64,000 nt of DNA from Macrostomum lignano (lineage: Eukaryota): contig NIVC01003216.1 in NCBI GenBank assembly GCA_002269645.1, forward strand, positions 46,610 through 110,609, written 5' to 3'. Numbering within the stretch: position 1 is the first letter of the stretch; every line of letters starts with the position of its first letter. Of the stretch, positions 48,581 through 58,251 are shown piece by piece. A program made the position numbers and the translations under genes. The notes beneath the pieces are model-generated. The model was not told where the DNA came from. It did no database searches and was given only the letters and a program-made list of their open reading frames with translations.

Positions 48581-50644
48581 TTAAGCCATGACCTAACCCT
48601 AATTCTCCCTTTGATATACTCGTACCAACCAACAACTTCAAATTGACCCTTGGCATCTCAGCACCCCTATGAGCCTCAGCATTTCAGCGTTTCCCTCTGA
48701 GTCTTATCCACAGAATTCGGTGGTATTAGCATCTCAACAATTCCCCTAAGAGCCATAGTATTCCAGCGATCCCCCGTGAGCTTTGACGTCTACGCAATTC
48801 ACCCCATAAGACTTGACATCACAGCAATTTCTCGTATGGACCTTAAAATCTCAGCACCTCCCCAATTTTACATTTCAGAAACTCCGCTTGTAAGTCTTGC
48901 TGTGATGCTCCCACGAGCCTTGACACCATAGCAATATTCCCTGTGAGACTATAACAGGCCCTATTATGAGTGTGAGGCTCGCATCTCAGAGTTCTTATTT
49001 AACTGTATTTTACAGTCAAGCAAGCAGGCAGGTTGGCTGACAAAATGCAGAGCAATGCATAGTTTGAGCTCGGCAGGGTAATCGTTCAAGCAGTCCCTCT
49101 CTGTGCCATTTTAAGCAACCATATCACCCCCAAAGCATTTGCTGCGTGTCAACTGCGTCACGCTGCTGGCTTGGCCAGCAAACCTCAGCTTTGTTATCTG
49201 TACTTTAGCGTAGAGCTGGTCTGACCGCATAGCCCCGGTTGAGACGAGAGGAGGCTGTCGTTTTTCCACTGCGATGTAAGCACTTTTTTCATATGCTTAC
49301 GGAGACTGTTTCTATTTTTAGCATCAAGGTGGCAACTGTTTTTATTACTGCCGTTTCAAGAGACTGTTTCTATTTTTAGCAACAGATGCGCAGGTGCCAC
49401 TTTGCTGTAAACCTCTGAGCAGACTTTGCATTCCCAAACAAGCTTTCTTTCTATAGCTAATAAAATTCGAATTATAAATCCAGATTTGCAAATAAATGGC
49501 CAAGAAGGCTTTGAAAAAAGTAGTCGATTGTTTCCGAACGCTGTCGTGAGTGCCGTGGTTCAACAGGACAATAGAGTTAATCAAATAAGCCGATGCCATT
49601 GTTTTCGGAGCTCTATATCTTGTAAATTTTGACATGTCATTCACGATTGCTACGTTTTGTCCCATAGAAATTTTTGTCCTGCTCACTTTGAAATCTTGCC
49701 TTTCATCTGAATTTTTCGAGTTTCCAGCTCTCCAGACTTGCACTTTTTAAGCCTTCTATTTAACCAGTTTCTTTTTGGTAATAACTAGCTTGTTTCTATT
49801 TTTAGACTTGTTGATTTAGAAGCAGCTGCTAAACTCAAAACTCAAAGCCGTACTCAGACACCCCAGTTTCCCAAAACTTAAGCAGTCAAATTGACAGGGC
49901 ACCTGATAGCACACCTGACAGGACAGGCAGTGGAGCAAAACAGATGTAGTTGTTTGCAGCGGAAAGTCCGACAAATTTCTCAAGGCTCAGCTGAATAGCT
50001 GGAATAGAGGGACAGAGTACCAAAGCCCAAAAAGAGTTTTAACAAAAGATTTTCGCATAAAGCGTTCGCATAACCTGAATCCACCTATATAATGAGCAGC
50101 AAAATGAAACTAGATTCCTTGTACGTTTAAGGAGTAGAGCATCATTGAAGCCGTTGCCTTTCTAGCAGCCCTGCCGAACCGAATACTTTTCTTTCTACCC
50201 CAGCATCGCTGTTTGATTAAAGATCTTCATACAGAGAGACTCGGTACGCTGCTCCAGGCTACTCTGGAGCAGTGGCTTTTTATTGAAACATCTATGACTA
50301 TAATGGGCCATGCAGCCCATCTTAAGCAGTTTAGAAAAAATCTGCTCTGATATTTTATATTCGCTCCAAGCGGGAGCTTAGCACTTAAAATTTACTTGGT
50401 TCTGTGTTTGCTAAAGCAATAATATATCATGAAACTTTATAAATATTGTTAAACTCGCAGTAAGCATATTAATTGAATGATTTACCAAGAGCTGTTTAGT
50501 TTTTAAGATGTATCAGAGCAACGATATTTATGAACAAAACAGCGTTGCAAAGCGCGTCTCAAGGCCTCTTACATCTGGCATCTGCATGGGGCGTCTGCCC
50601 TCAGTAGAAGGCATGAGGGGGCTTCTGGGACAAAATTTTTCACC

Positions 50645-50862
50645 TCCTCCATAATCCACCTAAATCCATCCATATTATCCCCGACAGAATCAGAAAAAAA
50701 GGGGGGTCGCACTCGCTCACAAAACGTCCTCCATAATCCCATTAAATCCATCCATATTATCCCTGACAGAATCATGAAAAAGTGGAGGGGTCGCACTTGC
50801 TCCGAAAACTTCGAACATAATCCTATTAAATCCATCCATATTATCCCTGACAGAATCAGTGC
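50645..50862. repeat. Three ~83-bp direct repeats at the presumed left end of the virus
   Basis: CATAATCC..TAAATCCATCCATATTATCCC.GACAGAATCA starts at 50650, 50732 and 50816. Confidence 0.85.
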
Positions 50863-51054
50863 ATAACAGATGTCCACTAACACCTGTTATGCTCATTGAC
50901 ACCGACATCCACCCATAGCATCTTCGAAACAATCAGAAAATAATCTGCATTCTTCTCCACACATTCAATCCGCAACGTGCTACCACATCCCTAAGACTTT
51001 AAATCATCAGCGCAGGGTCCTCACCCTTTAAAAAAAATTAAATTTTCAATAAAA

Positions 51055-51291
51055 ATGTTTCCAGTTGTCTCTCCAGGTTCTTATTATACTCAGCCTAATC
51101 CATTGTACAAATCCAAGTACCGATGCAAGAAGGAATGCAGCGAGTACATGAGAAAATATTGGCCCGACGTTCAAATCAATGTCCCTAATATTAATATAGC
51201 TCTCCAAAGACATTGGTTTCATAAGTATGGAGTAGTCATTAACGATTACGACAGCTATTATAACTTTGCAGAAATCATTAGGCAATTGTAA
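51055..51291 (+). CDS. Hypothetical 78-aa viral protein
   Basis: ATG preceded by the same A-run as the other viral ORFs; converges on the penton stop. Confidence 0.5.
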   Translation: MFPVVSPGSYYTQPNPLYKSKYRCKKECSEYMRKYWPDVQINVPNINIALQRHWFHKYGVVINDYDSYYNFAEIIRQL

Positions 51292-51299
51292 TTTTTTTC

Positions 51300-52163
51300 T
51301 TACATTCTCTCAATGATCAACGTCAGTACAAACTCTTCACCGTTGAAATCAACACCCACCCCATCTTCAGTCTCAAACTGTAGCACAATCTCGTGAATCT
51401 CCTTATTACTCAATACAACTCTTTTCACTGGATTTGGTTTCTCTACCACCATCTGTCCTCCAGCTACAGAGTTGGAGATGTTGTACAAAATATTAGTTCG
51501 CTTTCCCTTAAATACCCAATCAAGACTGAGATTACTTCTGATTAGAATATTCAAACCCTTTACAATGTCTGCAATATTGGGTGCTAAGAACAAACCGCTT
51601 ACGTTTTCCCGGGCCATTTTAACGGTCCCCGATGCTTGAGTGGCGGTCCGCGCCGCGGATTCTGCCTTATAAACTTTCTTCTCGAATCCCAGTTCCCTAT
51701 ACCAAGTGTCATCTTTAAACTCAACCTCCGCATCTTTGTGAACTTGCATGACCACTCTCATTACAGTGAGATCATAGGTTAGTTTGACAGGGAACAGTTT
51801 CTTCTCTGGCTTACTCGCATCAGGTGTCTCAAAATGGCCTCTTTTAGTAAAGACATTTTCTAGAAAGTTATTGTAGGTATCCACACTTTGCGTGCTCACA
51901 TGGAATACCACAGGGTCTGCTGCTGCACCTTTCCATTTGTAATAAAACTTATTATTTGCTGCCATCACATTGGGAACGTTTGACCAACCAGTGAAGTCGT
52001 TAAGATAGACATGGTAATTAGCGCCAGGATCCAGGCGAATCGCCTGCTCTAATTTTTCAACAAATATCCCGTTTGAGTCATTAATTCTCCCGGTTATTGT
52101 AATAGGAATGCTCTCCTTAGAGTGTGAAACAATGTTGTTTAGTCTTTCGGCTATAGCTTCCAT
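51300..52163 (-). CDS. Minor capsid (penton, single jelly-roll) protein
   Basis: 287 aa, beta-rich; NVPNV..NNKFYY, ELGF and C-terminal QFETEDGVGVDFNGEEFVLTLII are typical of Maverick minor capsids; adjacent to the MCP. Confidence 0.85.
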   Translation of the reverse strand: MEAIAERLNNIVSHSKESIPITITGRINDSNGIFVEKLEQAIRLDPGANYHVYLNDFTGWSNVPNVMAANNKFYYKWKGAAADPVVFHVSTQSVDTYNNFLENVFTKRGHFETPDASKPEKKLFPVKLTYDLTVMRVVMQVHKDAEVEFKDDTWYRELGFEKKVYKAESAARTATQASGTVKMARENVSGLFLAPNIADIVKGLNILIRSNLSLDWVFKGKRTNILYNISNSVAGGQMVVEKPNPVKRVVLSNKEIHEIVLQFETEDGVGVDFNGEEFVLTLIIERM

Positions 52164-53472
52164 TTTTTTTCCCCCACAAAAAAATATTTAAACTACTGGA
52201 TGAATTGTTGATCATGTTAAGCTTCACCTTCCTCTCAAATGCATAGATAATGTACAAGTCCACGGGTGTTGCGGCAGTCCTCTCAATGTTAGTCACGATA
52301 TTCACAGGGCTGTTATCAGTAGGCATTTGTCTGGCAGACACATCAGCGCCAAACATCGGATATAGAGTTCCATATTGAAGAGCAGTGATAGCAATTCCAT
52401 TGTTCTCTTTCACAGCCAAGTCGACCAACTCGCTATAAAATTTGCTAATTTTGTTCTGACTGAAATCTCCATTTTGTGGCAGTGCAGGGTAAAGATTATC
52501 ACTGATTTCATGCTGAATGGACCGCACGTCTCCATGCATGTAGCGTATAATGCTATTTGGGTTTCTCATATTAATAATGATATACCTTGGATTGCTGCAT
52601 GATCCCTCTTTAATGCAGATGTTTGTTCTAGTTTCGTTTCGCTCATCTCGACACATGTAGGCCGTGTATGCAACATCAATGTCCTTCTCTATTGCCTTAA
52701 GATAGTCTGCTTTTAGTGCGGTCTTTGGCTCAATGACTTCCAAATACAGCTCGATTCCGGTTAGCTTCACAGCCATCCCAGTGTGGTCCGCCCCAGTCCA
52801 CAACACTCTACTGCGATCATCTCTAGTCAGTCTAAATGTGTAGCTAAAGTTACTAGTCAGTCGATTAAATGTATTACAGAATCCACTCATGAATCTCAAT
52901 GGTACAAATACATCAACAGACCGATACAGCGGGTTCTTAGCAGCATCATCTGCACCTTGCAAAGCATAGTTGTATCTCTTCTTCCTATTTTTATAGCCAC
53001 TGTCATTGATGTCTCCTTCTTTTTCATCTGCGATAAAACCCGCACCACTTCCCAACTGAATAAAATCAGGATTCTCGATCAAACAATGAGCGTCATAGAC
53101 AATTCCAAAGTTGGCGATTCGCTCCAACTCAGTGCTCCCATTCGATACACTAAACTCCTTGAACATGTACGCCCAAAAGTTACTGATCAGAGCCACATCC
53201 GCATCATGCTTGTCAACGTTAGCACGAGCCGCATCCGCACCACCCTTTGTCTTGAATTGAAATGTCATATGGAATCCGCTCTTAAGACTGTGCACACTAA
53301 CCAAAGACGAACATCCATTGTATGTAAATGTCAGTGTTTGGCCAGGACCAAGATTAGTTTCATTCTGATTTTCCTGACTGGGAACTCTTACCTGAGTCGC
53401 TTTGATTGTGCTATTATCACTCAAAATAGGCTTGTTAATCTTGTAGAAAACTGGTGTCAGTGGGTCGTTCAT
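52117..53472 (-). CDS. Major capsid protein (double jelly-roll)
   Basis: 451 aa; size, position next to the penton, and PRYIII / LYPMFGADVS motifs resemble the Polinton PY/MCP. Confidence 0.85.
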   Translation of the reverse strand: MNDPLTPVFYKINKPILSDNSTIKATQVRVPSQENQNETNLGPGQTLTFTYNGCSSLVSVHSLKSGFHMTFQFKTKGGADAARANVDKHDADVALISNFWAYMFKEFSVSNGSTELERIANFGIVYDAHCLIENPDFIQLGSGAGFIADEKEGDINDSGYKNRKKRYNYALQGADDAAKNPLYRSVDVFVPLRFMSGFCNTFNRLTSNFSYTFRLTRDDRSRVLWTGADHTGMAVKLTGIELYLEVIEPKTALKADYLKAIEKDIDVAYTAYMCRDERNETRTNICIKEGSCSNPRYIIINMRNPNSIIRYMHGDVRSIQHEISDNLYPALPQNGDFSQNKISKFYSELVDLAVKENNGIAITALQYGTLYPMFGADVSARQMPTDNSPVNIVTNIERTAATPVDLYIIYAFERKVKLNMINNSSSSLNIFLWGKKNGSYSRKTKQHCFTL

Positions 53473-53502
53473 TTTTTAACTAAAAATAAAATAAAATAAG
53501 AA

Positions 53503-54732
53503 ATGAAGCGAAAAAGTACACAGCAGATATCTGAATTGGAGAAGCTAGCACAAGCAGAGAAACGAGTTACCGGGCTAATAAATAAGGAGCAACAATCCTA
53601 CAATGAGTTTGTCCAAGCAGCCACAGAGTTTCATAAGCCCGGGTATGGAGAAGCTAAGAAAAATATTGATCAGGTCAAAGAAACTATCGACGACATACAG
53701 GAAACCCAGGTGCAAAAGGCTTTGGGCAAAATTCCAGAAGCACCACAGATACTGCCGCAACCACAGACACAACCGCAACCACAACAATCACAACCACAAC
53801 AATCACAACCACAACAACAGGAACTAAAAGTGACAGATAATATTTTTGGACCAGTAGAGCGTGTAGAACATGATGGGAAATATGTATTTGGAATAAGTGT
53901 GTGGAGAAGAAACATTTATAATGAACCAGTGGAATATTATATCGACATAAATAAGGAAAATATTTCTGTTGTCAAAGGCTCAGAAACTATGAAAATTCCT
54001 TTCACAGACACCTTACTGACTTTTATGACCAAGAACCAAGAGAAAATCTCTGAGAAGCAGCTAAAGAACTACAGAAATCTAGTGACTTTTGCTCTTGCTA
54101 GAGATATAGAAATACTAAAGGTCCCAGAAGTTCTGAAACACATGTACGATAGCGGTGTCAACCTGACTAAATTCAAAAAGTACAAGCACTTTAAACAATG
54201 GTTCGGTTTGCCAGATCAGGCGGAAGTCATAAAATATCTAGAACAACCACAACAGCAACAGCAACCGCCACAACAGCAGCAACACTCCATAGAAGAACAA
54301 GTACTCAGTCAACTCGAGCAGTTAGACCCTTTGAAAGTGGCTGAATATAAGAAACAAAACCCAACAGATTGGCAACACTTAGAACAACACTCTCCAGATC
54401 GAATGAACAGAATCAAGCAAAGAGTTTTCACACCTCAACAAAGACAGGCACCACATGACAGTTCCATCTCTGAAAGTGAGCAGTCTTTTGCATCACCTCC
54501 CCAGCAGCCACAAGCCCAACCAACTCCACAACCTCAAGACCAACCGCCCTCAACTGGAAAAGGAATTTCTGAAATCTACAAGCGAGTAGCGGTTCTTCTA
54601 GGAGCGGCAAAGACCGGAATGAAAGACGAGAATAGAAAAGGATTTGTCAACATCCTGGACAAAATGCTTGAGAGAAAATACATCGATAAGAGGGCGAGAG
54701 AGCTTCTGCTTTCGCGGTTTAACAAAAAATAA
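53503..54732 (+). CDS. Gln/Pro-rich protein with a conserved Maverick-type C-terminal helix bundle
   Basis: 409 aa; C-terminal GKGISEIYKRVAVLLGAAKTG..FVNILDKML resembles a recurrent Polinton motif (LLxGxxxAGN..I..L). Confidence 0.7.
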   Translation: MKRKSTQQISELEKLAQAEKRVTGLINKEQQSYNEFVQAATEFHKPGYGEAKKNIDQVKETIDDIQETQVQKALGKIPEAPQILPQPQTQPQPQQSQPQQSQPQQQELKVTDNIFGPVERVEHDGKYVFGISVWRRNIYNEPVEYYIDINKENISVVKGSETMKIPFTDTLLTFMTKNQEKISEKQLKNYRNLVTFALARDIEILKVPEVLKHMYDSGVNLTKFKKYKHFKQWFGLPDQAEVIKYLEQPQQQQQPPQQQQHSIEEQVLSQLEQLDPLKVAEYKKQNPTDWQHLEQHSPDRMNRIKQRVFTPQQRQAPHDSSISESEQSFASPPQQPQAQPTPQPQDQPPSTGKGISEIYKRVAVLLGAAKTGMKDENRKGFVNILDKMLERKYIDKRARELLLSRFNKK

Positions 54733-54748
54733 ATTTCTATTTAAAAAG

Positions 54749-55129
54749 ATGCCAATTATTTTCGAAAAAGACATTGACAAATACTATGACAAAGAGGAAC
54801 TTAATCTCATTAAACGCGGATCTGGACTTTTCCCTGCAGGCCACTATCCAAGAAAAGAACGCTCAGGGAACGGTCTTGCCGATTTGATCGCTCAGGGGGC
54901 CAAGATTTTTAAGGTCATTGGAGAGAACAAAGAGAACATCAAGAACGTTGCCGAAGCGGCTGGCAGTGTAGCCACAGCAGCCAAAAAGATTAAAGATACG
55001 GTTAATGAAACCCGGAAATCAATACCAGATATTCAACCCCTCGCACCGAGTGCAGATAGTGTCGATCCAGCCATCTACGCAAAGATGAGAGCTGAATATA
55101 AGAAAGGAGGCGGTTTTAAATTTGACTAA
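54749..55129 (+). CDS. Putative virion core/membrane-active pro-protein (126 aa)
   Basis: True ATG at 54749 after an A-run; RGSGL, SGNGL and KGGGF motifs; amphipathic GLADLIAQGAKIFKVIG. Confidence 0.65.
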   Translation: MPIIFEKDIDKYYDKEELNLIKRGSGLFPAGHYPRKERSGNGLADLIAQGAKIFKVIGENKENIKNVAEAAGSVATAAKKIKDTVNETRKSIPDIQPLAPSADSVDPAIYAKMRAEYKKGGGFKFD

Positions 55130-55347
55130 TTTGGTGCACCCTGACGGTAAAAGAGGTGTGAGGGTGTAGGACTAGTCGGATGTAGGACTAGTCGAAAAAA
55201 GACACACACAACCCGAAAAAAAGACACACACAACCCGAAAAAAGACACACACATCCCGCAAAGAGACACACACATACACATCCCGAAAAAAGACACACGC
55301 GTCTTAAATACACAAGTTTAAAAAGAAAAAGTTTTTTTACATAAAAA

Positions 55348-56148
55348 ATGGACTTCACAAACGACTTTCATCCCCACTGGACACGCAATCAGATAAAATT
55401 TGCTCACAACGAGATAATTCCAGGGCACTTCCGATGCATTGTTGTTGGCTCATCTGGGTCAGGGAAAACCTTCAGAGTTTTTAACATGCTCCTCAGACCT
55501 GGATTCCTCGATTATGACACACTACATATCTATTCACCCACTCTGTATCAAGATGAGTATAAAATGCTAGTAGCGGGCCTACAGAACAAACTCAACAAGG
55601 AAGATATTATTCAATGTTTTAGACATCAAAAAGACCTCAACAGCAACCCGGAAGTTGTAGCCACTGAATACGCAAAGCACATCCCAGACAATGAAAAATG
55701 GCAAAACATTAAAGTTTTCACTTATGGAGACCCACAGATAGATCCTAAAACTAAACTCTTACCTCAACCTGATGAACTAGAAAAGGGGAGAAAGCACCTG
55801 ATTGTCTTTGATGACTGCATGACAGGTCCCCAGAAACAGATAGAAAATTATTTCACCCGGGGTAGACATAATAATTGCAATGTTATTTACATTGCCCAAA
55901 ACTGGTTTGAACTGCCAAATAAAACAATTAGAGGTAACTGTAATTTGATTTTCCTTTTCCCAACCATACCACAAGATCGACTGAAACGATTTTATAATGA
56001 GGTCATTGCCCCAGCTCACATTACATATCCAGCTAAGAACTCTAACAGAACAATATCCCAGGAGGAATTTGTTAACATATGCTATGAAAAGTGGAACCAA
56101 CCCTATCAGTTTGTCATGATTAATAAGGAGAAAAGAATTTTACTTTAA
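55348..56148 (+). CDS. DNA-packaging ATPase (FtsK/HerA, A32-like)
   Basis: Walker A GSSGSGKT, Walker B LIVFDD, RGRHNN arginine finger, YIAQ. Confidence 0.95.
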   Translation: MDFTNDFHPHWTRNQIKFAHNEIIPGHFRCIVVGSSGSGKTFRVFNMLLRPGFLDYDTLHIYSPTLYQDEYKMLVAGLQNKLNKEDIIQCFRHQKDLNSNPEVVATEYAKHIPDNEKWQNIKVFTYGDPQIDPKTKLLPQPDELEKGRKHLIVFDDCMTGPQKQIENYFTRGRHNNCNVIYIAQNWFELPNKTIRGNCNLIFLFPTIPQDRLKRFYNEVIAPAHITYPAKNSNRTISQEEFVNICYEKWNQPYQFVMINKEKRILL

Positions 56149-56164
56149 TTTTTTATTTAAAAAA

Positions 56165-56974
56165 ATGTCTATTAATTTTGCAGGTGAGTCAACTACAGGC
56201 AACAGCACTCTCACAACTTCCTTCCTTGATAAGCGCTACATTAACACTAATGAAGAGATCCCAGAGATCAAACTGAATAAAAACAGACTGAAAGCCCTAG
56301 AGCGCTCCATGCACCAGTTGCAAATAAACATGGAAGATCTCAGGCTTAAAGTAGCTAGGCAGAAGTTTGACAGTGATAAGCTTTATGTGCCGTTGTTAAA
56401 CGCAACTAATGAACTAAGGTCAGAAATAACTTCGATAGTCTCGCTAATCAACGGCTTGAGATCGACAGTTAATCTTCTGGGAAATTCCACTGATAGACGG
56501 ATGCGTATTCTCGAAGGAGGAGTTTTCACAAACACAGCTAAAGTAAATAATTTAGAAGAGTTTATGAACCAGTCAACAGCGTTGCATGATAGAATTAAAG
56601 AAAACGTCGCAACCAACACAGGTAAAGTGAGGAATTTAGAAGAGTTCATGACTCAGTCAACAGCGTTGCATGATCGAATCAAAGAAAGACTTGAAGCATT
56701 AAAGAGAAAGGATGTATCACACAGTAGCTATCTAAACGGAATGTATAGCTCCTGGGGTAAAATACTAAGGAGGCTTGATCGTCTGGAGAGAACACTCAAT
56801 CTTCGTGACATTGCTATTGATGAAGCAGAATCTGCTGCTCGTCCGGTCATGTCTACAGATCGAGTAGAAGGAGCTCTGGACCCCGCCGGAGTAATCCGGC
56901 GCGCTCTCAAACGTCAGCCGCCCAGCCGCTGCCTGCTGGACTCGCGATCCTCCGGCGTCACGAGAGCCGCCTAG
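56165..56974 (+). CDS. Coiled-coil protein, possible fibre/spike
   Basis: 269 aa, heptad-rich; internal 84-nt (28-aa) duplication at 56531 and 56615. Confidence 0.6.
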   Translation: MSINFAGESTTGNSTLTTSFLDKRYINTNEEIPEIKLNKNRLKALERSMHQLQINMEDLRLKVARQKFDSDKLYVPLLNATNELRSEITSIVSLINGLRSTVNLLGNSTDRRMRILEGGVFTNTAKVNNLEEFMNQSTALHDRIKENVATNTGKVRNLEEFMTQSTALHDRIKERLEALKRKDVSHSSYLNGMYSSWGKILRRLDRLERTLNLRDIAIDEAESAARPVMSTDRVEGALDPAGVIRRALKRQPPSRCLLDSRSSGVTRAA

Positions 56975-57067
56975 ACAACCGGCGGTGCAGATGGAATTAT
57001 CAAAAAGAAAACAGATCTTTCAACCGGATAGTTTTATAATTTTTTATTATTTTTTCTAGAGAAAAAA

Positions 57068-57770
57068 ATGGCCCAACAAAATTCTCTATACGATCAGTCT
57101 CAATACGTTGAACCTAAAATACCGACAGCACCAAACTCAATGGCACCGAATTCGAACACACAAAGCCTGAATGCACCGAATCTGAATGCACCCCAATATG
57201 AGCAACAAAAACTCTACCCCGTCATTACTTGTAACTCTCAACAGTTTCGACTGGTGGAGATTCAAAAAATGCGCGATGATCTTGAAAAAAATATTTTCCA
57301 CAACACAAAGAAAATTAAGCGCTATGACAGCCACTGTAAATTTTTGACTACAGCAATATGATTCTAGGATCTGTGTCTGTTCTAACTGGGTCTGCTGCAG
57401 CTGTCTCAGTGTTGCCAGCCATCACAGCCCCAATCGCAATCCCGCTCGGCTCTGTTGGTGCTGCATGTGGACTTATTTCAACAATTACTGGAGCATTAGC
57501 GCGAAACAGGCGAAAAAACTAAAGCAGCTACAGGAGAAGCAAGTAAAAGAGAAAGGGGTGCACACATCAATCATAGGGTACATTTCAAGGGCAATCGAGG
57601 ATAAGTTTATTTCAGAGGATGAGTTCAAAACCATTCAGGATCTTTATGAACAATCAATTCGAATGAACTTGAACATGGTCGGTACTGATGACATGAGTCA
57701 GCTGAGAAATGAACTCGAGAAAGTTCTTCAACATTATGTGGAAAGAAGGACAACGAGAAATGCACAATGA
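57068..57770 (+). pseudogene. Conserved Maverick membrane protein (two-TM hairpin; possibly the adintovirus 'GasderminX' type), split by two frameshifts
   Basis: FRLVEI...KRY, then a shift to MILGSVSVLTGSAAAVSVLPAITAPIAIPLGSVGAACGLISTITG, then a shift to ISRAIEDKFISEDEFKTI. Confidence 0.6.
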
Positions 57771-57774
57771 ACCC

Positions 57775-58175
57775 CTATGAAACACAGCCAAGAATAATTT
57801 CCTTGTAGGTCTTTCGTGTTTTGGTCATTGCATACAAAACAGTCATGCACAGCTCACCGCAAATATCACTGCTAAGACCTTGGAGAATAAAGTCTGAGCG
57901 ATAAATTTTTTTATTGTTTTTCCCCTTCATATAATTTCTTAGCTCTTCTGGTACTGCCGTCCCATAGCTATCGAAGTAATAACACTTGTGCTTGCGATCG
58001 GATCAATCACCCAGCAAACCCAATGAGATCCTGGCTTATCGGTGGTGTCAAAGTTCATGATGCCGCATTCCTTTCTTAGAGGAAAATCGGGCAGAGTGTC
58101 CCTCATAAATATTCCTCTAAAGTTTGGGATTTCCAGTTCGTTAGCCAAATCTTCAAGAAAGTTATTTGTCGTCAT
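57775..58175 (-). pseudogene. Adenain-like cysteine maturation protease, one frameshift near 58005
   Basis: FRGIFMRD..GSHWV, then shifted YYFDSYG..LQ..SDICGELC* gives the complete His/Asp/Gln/Cys set. Confidence 0.88.
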
Positions 58176-58251
58176 TTTTTTATGAGGTTTATTAAACTTT
58201 CTCTTAAACCTAAACCCAATCTCCTAATCTCCTAATCTCCAGTGCCCGAAC

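Noticed and set aside
52117-52163. 47-bp MCP/penton overlap as a regulatory feature
   Set aside because: The MCP tail reads through AT-rich intergenic-like sequence; a 1-nt indel near the natural stop explains it equally well.
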